Below, piece after piece: positions 18,446-26,626 of a stretch of DNA of 64,000 bases (positions are counted from its first letter, which is position 1; every line of letters starts with the position of its first letter). The position numbers were made by a program, and so were the translations under genes. The stretch spans positions 128,130-192,129 of the forward strand of contig JBPOGH010000010.1 of assembly GCA_051252135.1 (NCBI GenBank), read 5' to 3'. Source of the stretch: Verrucomicrobiaceae bacterium (GTDB lineage: Bacteria; Verrucomicrobiota; Verrucomicrobiia; Verrucomicrobiales; Akkermansiaceae). The notes beneath the pieces are model-generated. The model worked only from the letters and a program-made list of their open reading frames with translations, was not told the DNA's origin and did not search any database.

Positions 18446-19495
18446 ATGCAGACCATTCTTCATGGGCCGGGTTCACTTGCGGAACTACCGGCGCACGTTT
18501 CCGGCAGGGCGCTGATTGTGACCGACGGCGGGATTGTGGCGGCGGGTCATGTGGCGAGGGCGGAAGCTCTTTTGAGCGAGGTGGTGGTTTACGATCGGGT
18601 TCATGAAAACCCGACGGAGTCCGATGTGGCGGCGTGTGCGGACTTTGCGCGGGAGGTGAAACCGGATGTGATCATTGGGTTGGGTGGAGGGAGTTCGATG
18701 GACACGGCGAAGGGGACGCTTTTTTTGCTGAGTGGTGGCGGGCGGATGTCCGATTACCAGGGGCACGGGAAGGCGAAGGGGGAGATGTTGCCATTTATTG
18801 CGATTCCGACGACGGCGGGGACGGGGAGCGAATGTCAGAGTTATGCAGTGCTGAGTCGGGACGGGTCGCATGAGAAGATGGCGTGCGGCGATGTGCGGGC
18901 GTTGGCGAAGGTGGTGATTTTGGATGCGGAACTGACGGAATCGATGCCGCTGAAGGTGGCGCGACTGACGGCGCTGGATGCGCTTTCCCATGCGTTGGAG
19001 AGTGCGGTGTGTACGAAGGCGACGCCGGAATCGAGGGAGGTGAGCATTGCGGCCTTTCGAAAGATTGAGCCGGTGATTGAGGCGGTGCTGAGAGGAGAGG
19101 CGACCACGGAGCAGCGGGGAGATATGTTGCAGGGGGCGGCGTTGGCGGGGCAGGCGATTGAGGCGAGCATGCTGGGGGCGGGCCATGCGATGGCGAATCC
19201 GCTGACGGCGCACTTTGGGGTGGTGCATGGGCGTGCGGTGCTGACGATGTTGCCGGCGGTGATGCGTTGGAATGCGGAGGTGGTGGGCGATGTTTATGGG
19301 GGATTGAGGGATGAGTTGATTTCGTGGGTGGAGCACTTGAGAGAAGTGGCGGAGCTGGCTCCGGTGAGGGTGGAGGCGGAAATGATTCCGGTGTTGGCGA
19401 AGGAGGCGATGAAGCAATGGACGGGGCAGTTTAATCCGCGGACCTTGAGTGAGGAGGATTTTGTGTCAGTCTACCGGCATGCGTTGGGACATTAG
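18446..19495 (+). CDS. Iron-containing alcohol dehydrogenase
   Basis: GLGGGSSMDTAK; IPTTAGTGSE; DALSHALES; GHAMA...HG metal ligands. Confidence 0.92.
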   Translation: MQTILHGPGSLAELPAHVSGRALIVTDGGIVAAGHVARAEALLSEVVVYDRVHENPTESDVAACADFAREVKPDVIIGLGGGSSMDTAKGTLFLLSGGGRMSDYQGHGKAKGEMLPFIAIPTTAGTGSECQSYAVLSRDGSHEKMACGDVRALAKVVILDAELTESMPLKVARLTALDALSHALESAVCTKATPESREVSIAAFRKIEPVIEAVLRGEATTEQRGDMLQGAALAGQAIEASMLGAGHAMANPLTAHFGVVHGRAVLTMLPAVMRWNAEVVGDVYGGLRDELISWVEHLREVAELAPVRVEAEMIPVLAKEAMKQWTGQFNPRTLSEEDFVSVYRHALGH

Positions 19496-20657
19496 AGTGG
19501 TTGTAGGAGGTGCGGCGTCACTGGTTCTTTTGGGTGCCTGTGATTCGGGCAAGGATTCCGGCGTGGCTGAAGGAGGGAAGCAGGGGGAAGAGGTGGCCTG
19601 GACGCGGGTCGATTGGCCGGGAGCGCGGGGCGGAAGCGGGCTTTCCGGGACGGTGGGGGATGCGGTGATTCGGGCGCCCCGGGTGGCGTGGACTTTCAAG
19701 ACCGAGGCTCCGATTGCGGGAGAAGCGGTGGAGTCGGGATCGACAGTGGTTTTTGGAAATGATCTGGGGTGGCTCTACGCGCTCGATACCGGGAACGGGG
19801 AGTTGATTTGGAAGAAGGAATTTGAGGATGCGATTGAGGCGGCTCCGGCGATTCACGGTGATTTGGTTTTTGTGGGGTGTCAGGATTCGTTTCTCTACGC
19901 GCTCGATTTGGCGACGGGGGAAGAGCGGTGGAAGCTGGAGACGAATGACAAAATTACGGCCGGGGTGAATCTCACGGAAAGCCCTGATGGGGAGAAGATG
20001 TGGGTGATTCTCAACGGATATGACGGGGCCTGCCGGGCGATCGATGCGGTGACGGGCGAGCAAATTTGGATTCACCAAACGGACGAATACATCAATGGGA
20101 CTCCGGCGATTGTGAATGGGGAGAAAGTGATCTTTGGGGGATGTGACCGGGTTCTTTATACGCTCGATCTGGCAACGGGTGAGGCGTTGAAGCAGATCGA
20201 GACGGATGCGGAGATTGTCTCGACGGTGGCGACGGCGGGGTCGTTTGTGGCGTGGGGGAACTACGGGAACGAAGTGCTGGCGGCGGATGTGGAACAAGGG
20301 GGGACGATGTGGACCTACACGGACCGAAAGTTTCCCTTTATGAACGCTCCGGCGATTAACGACACCCAAGTGTTGATCGGGTGCCGGGATAAGAAGATGC
20401 ACGCGATTTCCCGAGCCGAGGGGAAGGCGCTTTGGCAATACAAGACGGGGGGGCGGGTGGAGTCATCGCCTCTTCTGTTTACGGATGCGGTGGTGTTTGG
20501 CTCCACGGATGGTCGACTTTATGGGCTGGAGCTTGAGAAAGGGGAGGAGATTTGGAAGTTGGACCTTGGTGAGTCGGTGATTGCGGCACCGAGTTTTGCG
20601 GATGGGACGATCTATGTGGGAGGTGAGGATGGGACTTTGTTTGCGGTGCGGGATTAA
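19479..20657 (+). CDS. PQQ-binding-like (BamB-like) beta-propeller lipoprotein
   Basis: Lipobox LLGAC; repeated LYALDxxTGxxxW blades; start overlaps the ADH stop. Confidence 0.88.
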   Translation: MRWDIRVVVGGAASLVLLGACDSGKDSGVAEGGKQGEEVAWTRVDWPGARGGSGLSGTVGDAVIRAPRVAWTFKTEAPIAGEAVESGSTVVFGNDLGWLYALDTGNGELIWKKEFEDAIEAAPAIHGDLVFVGCQDSFLYALDLATGEERWKLETNDKITAGVNLTESPDGEKMWVILNGYDGACRAIDAVTGEQIWIHQTDEYINGTPAIVNGEKVIFGGCDRVLYTLDLATGEALKQIETDAEIVSTVATAGSFVAWGNYGNEVLAADVEQGGTMWTYTDRKFPFMNAPAINDTQVLIGCRDKKMHAISRAEGKALWQYKTGGRVESSPLLFTDAVVFGSTDGRLYGLELEKGEEIWKLDLGESVIAAPSFADGTIYVGGEDGTLFAVRD

Positions 20658-20713
20658 TTTTCACGGGACGGTGAATAAAGCGGAGCGGGATTTCGTTTCA
20701 CGGGGATCGACCT

Positions 20714-21757
20714 ATGAAAGCTTACCTCCTTCTGCCGTTTTGTGCCTTTCTTGCTGTTTCCTGTAGCGAGGATGAGCCTGTTGAGAAGGTGGTGGATGGC
20801 GATGGGGAGTACATCGATTTGCTTGAGGAGCGGTTGGGTTCGATGGAGGAGTCGTTGGTGAGGTTGACCCGGCAACTGGAGGAAGCGGAGAAGCGCGAGC
20901 ATGAGGTGGTGGCGCTGCCGGAAGAGACGCCGGAGCCCGAGCCGGTGGTGGTGATTCCGGAGGAGAAGAAGCCGACACGGAACACGCGGCTGCCGGACGA
21001 GGAGAAAATGGCTCTGGAAAAGAGTCGGCGGGCGGTGCGGATGGAAGCGCAGGGGGAGGAGCTGGGGACGGTGCATACCTTGGATGGGCGGACCCTTCAC
21101 GATGTGAGGATTACGCGGGTGACGGATGTGGGGCTTGAGGTGTGGCATCGCGATGGGACGGCGCGATTGCGTTTTGATGGGCTGCCGGGAGATTATGGGT
21201 CACGGTTTTTTTATGTGCCTGAGTTGGCGTTGAAGGCGTTGCAACTGGAGCGACTGGCTGAGTTGGAGCGGAGCCGACGGATTCGTGATGCCGCGGTGTC
21301 GCAGCTTCGGGCCGAGACGCGTCGTCGTGAAGCAGCCTTGGCCAAGCGGGTGTCGGAACTGGAAGATTCCCGGAATGAGATGGTCGGCGGAGGATTTGTC
21401 GGGGTTGTGAACCAGCCTCAAGTCGTGAACCAACCTCCGGTGGTGATTAACGAGCCATATTGTCCGCCCAATGAGACGGTGGTGGTTCAGCGTCCGGTGG
21501 TGGTGGTGAACAGGCCACAAACACCGGCGTATTGTCCGCCGGTGGTGGTGACGCCTCAGCGGCCCCGCCCCACTTCCCGTCCGACGACTTTTCCGACTCC
21601 GAAGCCAAGACCAACGGTGACGCCCCAGAAGCCGCCCCGCCCTACGGTAGTGACTCCGGCTCCGCGTCCGGTTCCGGTTTACACCCGGCCTACGCCCGCG
21701 CAGGGGAATCGGGGAGGCGGGAGTCCGCAGCCCTTGCCGAAGAGTTTTCGAAAGTAG
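20714..21757 (+). CDS. Hypothetical lipoprotein with coiled coils and a Pro/Val/Thr-rich tail
   Basis: Lipobox LAVSC; low-complexity C-terminus. Confidence 0.7.
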   Translation: MKAYLLLPFCAFLAVSCSEDEPVEKVVDGDGEYIDLLEERLGSMEESLVRLTRQLEEAEKREHEVVALPEETPEPEPVVVIPEEKKPTRNTRLPDEEKMALEKSRRAVRMEAQGEELGTVHTLDGRTLHDVRITRVTDVGLEVWHRDGTARLRFDGLPGDYGSRFFYVPELALKALQLERLAELERSRRIRDAAVSQLRAETRRREAALAKRVSELEDSRNEMVGGGFVGVVNQPQVVNQPPVVINEPYCPPNETVVVQRPVVVVNRPQTPAYCPPVVVTPQRPRPTSRPTTFPTPKPRPTVTPQKPPRPTVVTPAPRPVPVYTRPTPAQGNRGGGSPQPLPKSFRK

Positions 21758-21811
21758 CCTATTGAGGCAAGTCGGGGTGGCGTTTTGGTCCGTCAGGGCT
21801 TAGAACGGGGC

Positions 21812-23176
21812 ATGCGTCAGTCGGTGAAACATCTTCTCGCCCGTGAGTCCGCGGGTTCTACGGTTGAACTTTGCGGGTGGGTGAGGACCCGTCGGGATTC
21901 CAAGGGGTTTTCCTTTATGGAGGTGAACGATGGTTCGTGTCTGCAGGGAATTCAGGTGATCATTGACGAGGGAATTCCGGGATCGGAGGAGGTGACGAAG
22001 ATGGCGACGGGGGCCTCGGTTCGGGTGATTGGTGATTTGGTGGAGAGTCCGGGGAAGGGTCAGAAGTGGGAAGTTCGGGCGAAGGAGGTGGAGTTGACGG
22101 GGGGGGTGCTGGAGGATTTTCCGCTGCAGAAGAAGGGTCATACGCCGGAGTTTTTGAGGTCGATCGCGCACCTGAGGCCGAGGACGAATCTTTACGGGGC
22201 GGTGTTCCGGATGCGGAGTCGGCTTTCCTATGCGGTGCATCGTTTTTTCAACGAGCGGGATTTTGTGCATGTGCACACGCCCATTATTACGGCGAGTGAT
22301 TGCGAGGGGGCGGGGGAGATGTTCCGGGTGACGACGCTTGATCCGGAGAAGGGGGGCGCGAAGTACGAAGACGACTTTTTTGAGAAGGCGGCTTATCTGA
22401 CGGTGAGCGGGCAGTTGGAGGGGGAGACGTATGCGTGCGCGCTCTCGAACATTTATACTTTCGGTCCGACGTTTCGGGCGGAGAATTCCAACACGACGCG
22501 GCATGCGGCGGAGTTCTGGATGATTGAGCCCGAGATGGCGTTTTGTGATCTGGAGGGGGATATGGATTTGGCGGAGGAGTTTATGAAGTTTCTGGTGAAG
22601 GATGTGCTGGAAAACAATGAGGGTGATTTGTCGATCTTTGAAAAGTTTGTGGACAAGGGCTTGAGGGAGCGGCTGGAGAAGCTGGCGGCGAGCGGGTTCG
22701 AGCGGATGAGTTACACGGAGGCGGTGGAGCGGCTGGAGAAATCGGGCAAGGATTTCAAGTATCCGGTGGAATGGGGGATCAATTTGCAGTCGGAACACGA
22801 GCGCTATCTCTGCGAAGAAGTGGTGAAGGGGCCGTTGACGGTTTACAACTATCCGAAGGAGATTAAGCCGTTCTACATGCGCGCGAATGACGATGGAAAG
22901 ACAGTGACGGCGATGGATGTATTGGTGCCGGGAGTGGGAGAGATCATTGGCGGGAGTCAACGAGAGGAGCGCTATGATTTGCTTAAGGAAAAGATGGAGG
23001 AAGATGGCCTCGATCTGGAAAATTACGGCTGGTATCTCGACCTGCGGAAGTATGGGACGGTGCCGCATGCGGGATTTGGAGCCGGCTTTGAGCGGTTGCT
23101 GATGTACGTCACGGGGATGCAGAATATCCGGGACGTGATTCCCTTTGCCCGGACGCCGGGGCACTGCGAGTTTTAG
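21812..23176 (+). CDS. asnS: Asparagine--tRNA ligase
   Basis: [59 protein letters not shown]. Confidence 0.97.
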   Translation: MRQSVKHLLARESAGSTVELCGWVRTRRDSKGFSFMEVNDGSCLQGIQVIIDEGIPGSEEVTKMATGASVRVIGDLVESPGKGQKWEVRAKEVELTGGVLEDFPLQKKGHTPEFLRSIAHLRPRTNLYGAVFRMRSRLSYAVHRFFNERDFVHVHTPIITASDCEGAGEMFRVTTLDPEKGGAKYEDDFFEKAAYLTVSGQLEGETYACALSNIYTFGPTFRAENSNTTRHAAEFWMIEPEMAFCDLEGDMDLAEEFMKFLVKDVLENNEGDLSIFEKFVDKGLRERLEKLAASGFERMSYTEAVERLEKSGKDFKYPVEWGINLQSEHERYLCEEVVKGPLTVYNYPKEIKPFYMRANDDGKTVTAMDVLVPGVGEIIGGSQREERYDLLKEKMEEDGLDLENYGWYLDLRKYGTVPHAGFGAGFERLLMYVTGMQNIRDVIPFARTPGHCEF

Positions 23177-23256
23177 GGGTCGCCGGGGTGATCAAGGAGG
23201 ATGAGGCCTTGGACGGGGGGGTGTTTTGATGAGATCGTGAGTGAATTCTTTAGCGC

Positions 23257-23583
23257 TCAGCGAAGTTGTTCGCGGAGGGTGTGGAGTTCCTGTTCGCGGG
23301 CTTCGAGGCTGTCGAGGAGGCTGGCGATGTAGCGGGTCATGCGCAGGCTGATTTGTTCGTGCTGCCGGAGGTGGGCGAGTTGGCGGAGGCGGGTGATGCC
23401 GGAAGGGTCAAAAAAGATTACGCCAGCTGAATCCTTAAAGGCGTGCACAAGACTTCCACGGAGGAATTCTTCGATCATTTCGGGGTGGAGTCCGGTGATC
23501 TCAGCGGCCTCGGATAGAGAGGTGAAGACCGAGTCCGGTTCAGAGGACTCGGAAACGGTGATGAGTTGGTAGTGGCAAGTCAT
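23257..23583 (-). CDS. CbpM-like chaperone modulator (MerR-type HTH)
   Basis: Immediately downstream of the J-domain gene; LSEAAEITGL HTH-like segment; C-terminal coiled coil. Confidence 0.7.
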   Translation of the reverse strand: MTCHYQLITVSESSEPDSVFTSLSEAAEITGLHPEMIEEFLRGSLVHAFKDSAGVIFFDPSGITRLRQLAHLRQHEQISLRMTRYIASLLDSLEAREQELHTLREQLR

Positions 23584-23598
23584 GGTTTTCGGGCTCGG

Positions 23599-24528
23599 TT
23601 AGGATTGGGAAGAAAGTTCGGCGAGTTTTTGCCAATGGGTCTTCTGTTCGTCGGTGAGGGAGGCGGGGAGAGTGAGGTGGACCACGGCGTAGAGATTCCC
23701 CACGGTCCCGGATGTTCCCCGGGGGAGACCTTTGCCTTTGATCCGTAGCTCCGTGCCTCCTTCGGTGAGTGGGGGGACTTTGATGCGAATGGAGCCGTTC
23801 ATGGTTTTGACAGGAAGCTCGGCACCAAGGACGGCCTGCCAGGGGAGGACGGAGAGATCGGTGTAGAGATCGGAGCCGACGACGCGGAAGTCGGGATGGC
23901 GTTCGAGCCGGACGTGAAGGAAGAGGTCGCCTGCGGGGCCTCCATTAAGGCCGGGGTTTCCGAGTCCGGCGCAGCGAATGAGTTGGCCTTCACTGATGCC
24001 CTTGGGGATGCGGATGCGCGAGGTTTTGAGTTCGCGCGCTCCGGTGGCGCGATTGACTTGCTGGAGCTGGAGGCTGCGTTCGGTTCCGTTGAGGACTTCT
24101 TCGAGGCGGACCAGAATATCGGCATGGGCATCTTGTCCCGGAATGGGGGCGTTGCCACCGGGGTGCCCGGAGTAGGAGTGGAAGCTGCCGGGGCCAGGAC
24201 GTGCGCCGGCTCCGAACATTTGCTCAAAGAAATCACTGAAGCCGGTGCCGGTGTATTCGTATTCGTAGCCGGAGGCGTCTTGTTGCGGGCGCGCGTGCCC
24301 GGCATTCTGCCAGTCAGGTCCCAAGGTGTCGTATTTCTTCCGCTTTTCCTGATCGCCAAGGACTTCGTAGGCTTCGTTGATTTCCTTAAATTTGTCTTCG
24401 GCGGTATCCTTGTCTTCGGCGACATCGGGGTGGTATTTGCGAGCGAGTTTTTTGAAGGCCTTGCGGACTTCGTCATGAGTGGCGTCTTTTTTGATCCCGA
24501 GGATTTCGTAGTAGTCGCGGTAATTCAT
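23599..24528 (-). CDS. cbpA: CbpA-like class B J-domain chaperone
   Basis: DYYEILG...HPD J-domain; G/F region; DnaJ C-terminal domain without zinc finger. Confidence 0.85.
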   Translation of the reverse strand: MNYRDYYEILGIKKDATHDEVRKAFKKLARKYHPDVAEDKDTAEDKFKEINEAYEVLGDQEKRKKYDTLGPDWQNAGHARPQQDASGYEYEYTGTGFSDFFEQMFGAGARPGPGSFHSYSGHPGGNAPIPGQDAHADILVRLEEVLNGTERSLQLQQVNRATGARELKTSRIRIPKGISEGQLIRCAGLGNPGLNGGPAGDLFLHVRLERHPDFRVVGSDLYTDLSVLPWQAVLGAELPVKTMNGSIRIKVPPLTEGGTELRIKGKGLPRGTSGTVGNLYAVVHLTLPASLTDEQKTHWQKLAELSSQS

Positions 24529-24662
24529 GTTGGTTTTAAATCAGGCGGTGGCGTCCGGAACCCAGGCGGAAGATCGGAAAGAATTGGCCGAGGTAGGGGA
24601 CGTCAAATTCGAATAAAGACTACCACATTCAAAAGGGGGGGCGGTGAAAAAGGTGAGAAAGT

Positions 24663-26417
24663 TTACGGGGAGTTGGGCCTTTTTGACGGTATTTTGGGAA
24701 GGGTCGTGAGGCTCCCGGGGTGTTCGAGGAGGGTGAGTCCGGGGCGTGGGGGGATGCCGCAGGCGGTTGAGGCGATGACGGGGATGCCTTGGGCGAGGGC
24801 CTGGAGGAGGAGGCGGGGTTGGTTTTCGACGTAGGCGGGGAGGACGACGGCGTCGCAGGTGGAGAGGTCGGCGGGGGTGGCTTGGTGCCAGTGGCACTCG
24901 CTGAGCGGGTTGGTTTCGTTTTCGGTGGCTCGGCCGAGGATGTGGAGTTCGATGTTGTTTTCCTTGGCCCAGGCGGCGAGCTCGAAGACGCCTTTGCGGG
25001 CGAGGGGAGAAGCGGGGAAGAAAGCGCGTTGAATTTTGAACTCTGAACTTTGAAGGTTGAACTCTGAAGGGGGGGCTCTGGGGAGGTGCCAGTCGAGTTG
25101 GATGACTTCGGTGTTGGGGAAGCGGGTGCGGAGGTCTTGGGCGAGGGCGTGGTGGGGGGTGACGAGGCGGGTGGCGGCGGCGAGGGCCCGGGACTCGGCG
25201 GCGAGGAGATCTTTGGGGGCGCGGAAGTCGGTGAGGGTGGTGCTTTCGGGATGGGTGCTGGCGGCTTCGTTGAGGCGGTCGTGGAGGGCTTCGAGGGGCC
25301 AGCGGGTCATGAGGACATCGAAGGTGCGGCCGCCGAGGGTGCCGATTTCTGCGAGGTGGGGGAGTAGGGATTGGGAGATGGTGAGGTGTTGGACGCGATG
25401 GTCGAGCTGGCGGTGGTAGGCCCGGGCGAGGAGGCGGTCGAACTTGAGGAGGAGTTTTTGGCGTTCGGCGCCTTGGGCGGAGATGGTGCGCATGGCCCAG
25501 GAGCGGCGGGCGGTGACGGTGAGGGCGGCTTCGCGGGGGCGGTCGAGGGTCCAGGCGTAGTTGGGCTTGTGGCGGCGGGAGCCATCGAGGGGGAGGAAGG
25601 CGACGGAGGAGTCGTCTTGCTGGCTGCGGCACCATGTGTCGTGCTCGGGCCAGTGGGCGTCGAGGAGGAAGGCCTTGCGGCCGAAGGTCATGGAGGCGGC
25701 GGAGGTGGGTTGGCTGCGGAAGCAGGTGGCGTGATTGCAGGTGAGGCAGTTGCCGAGGGAGTCGGGTTGTTGGAGGGACTCCGGGGTTTGCTCAGAAGGG
25801 GAGAGTTCCCCGGCGGCGCAGACTTTGAGAATGAGGTGGTCTTTGCTGAGGCTGGCGCGGAGGACATAGTCGACGGGGGCGGTGAAGCGGAGGTCGACGT
25901 AGTTCCAGAAGACGGTGGCGTCCCGTCCTTTTTCGGCGAGGGAGCCGGCGATGACGCGGGTGTGGGCGTGGCGTTCGTTGATGGTGAAGCCGCATTGGAG
26001 GGCGAGATCGTAGAGGCCGTTGGAGAGTTGGCAGAGGCCGCCGCCGATATTGGGGACGATGCATCCTTCACGGAGTTCGCGTCCGGTGGTGAAGCCGCGA
26101 CGTCTTGAGGTGCGTCCGATTTGTTTCCAGAAGCTGAAGGTTTGGCCGGCGGGGATGTGGAGGCCGTCGAGGAGGCGGCAGGCGAGGCGGAGGTTTTGGA
26201 CTTTGCCGGCGGCGAGATCGAGCTCGGCGGGGTGGTCGATGTGCCAGAGGAAGGAGCGGTGGGCGGCGCGCTCGGGTGGGGAGTGGGTGGTTTTGGAAAA
26301 GCGTTTTAGGCCGGAAGGGAGATTGAGGAGGGTGCGGCGGGCCTGGAGGATTCTCGACTTTAGCCAAAATTTACCGGCCTGGGAGCGGGTGTGTTTGGTG
26401 TCGAGGGGGGCTTGCAT
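24663..26417 (-). CDS. VanW-domain protein with a glycosyltransferase-like C-terminal region
   Basis: TFSFWKQIG; GGGLCQLSN; ERHAH; GRDATVFWNYVDLRF; C-terminal VLPAYVENQPRLLLQALAQGIPVIAS (GT4-like). Confidence 0.8.
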   Translation of the reverse strand: MQAPLDTKHTRSQAGKFWLKSRILQARRTLLNLPSGLKRFSKTTHSPPERAAHRSFLWHIDHPAELDLAAGKVQNLRLACRLLDGLHIPAGQTFSFWKQIGRTSRRRGFTTGRELREGCIVPNIGGGLCQLSNGLYDLALQCGFTINERHAHTRVIAGSLAEKGRDATVFWNYVDLRFTAPVDYVLRASLSKDHLILKVCAAGELSPSEQTPESLQQPDSLGNCLTCNHATCFRSQPTSAASMTFGRKAFLLDAHWPEHDTWCRSQQDDSSVAFLPLDGSRRHKPNYAWTLDRPREAALTVTARRSWAMRTISAQGAERQKLLLKFDRLLARAYHRQLDHRVQHLTISQSLLPHLAEIGTLGGRTFDVLMTRWPLEALHDRLNEAASTHPESTTLTDFRAPKDLLAAESRALAAATRLVTPHHALAQDLRTRFPNTEVIQLDWHLPRAPPSEFNLQSSEFKIQRAFFPASPLARKGVFELAAWAKENNIELHILGRATENETNPLSECHWHQATPADLSTCDAVVLPAYVENQPRLLLQALAQGIPVIASTACGIPPRPGLTLLEHPGSLTTLPKIPSKRPNSP

Positions 26418-26537
26418 TTGGGCGGTTGGAGAGCGGGGCGTGGGGCGTGGGGCGTGGTTGGAGGGTGTGGGCCTGCGGGTGGTTTTTTTTGGCGGGCGGG
26501 GTGCCGGGCTTGGCCTTTTTCTTGTGGGGGGTGGGGA

Positions 26538-26582
26538 CCCAGGGCGATGCCCTGGGCTGGTATATTTAGGGCCTTTGGCCCT
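26538..26582. repeat. REP-like double-hairpin element
   Basis: cccagggc-gat-gccctggg, spacer, agggcc-ttt-ggccct; related copy at 46775-46820. Confidence 0.7.
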
Positions 26583-26596
26583 TGGGAGGTGGGGGG

Positions 26597-26620
26597 GCGA
26601 CGGTCATAGACCGTCGCTAC
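26597..26620 (-). repeat. GTAG-type REP-like palindrome
   Basis: Minus strand reads GTAG-CGACGGTC-TAT-GACCGTCG. Confidence 0.7.
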
Positions 26621-26626
26621 AAGATT

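Noticed and set aside
24663..26417. VanW domain as a vancomycin resistance determinant
   Set aside because: No vanHAX or vanRS genes; VanW domains are common outside resistance clusters
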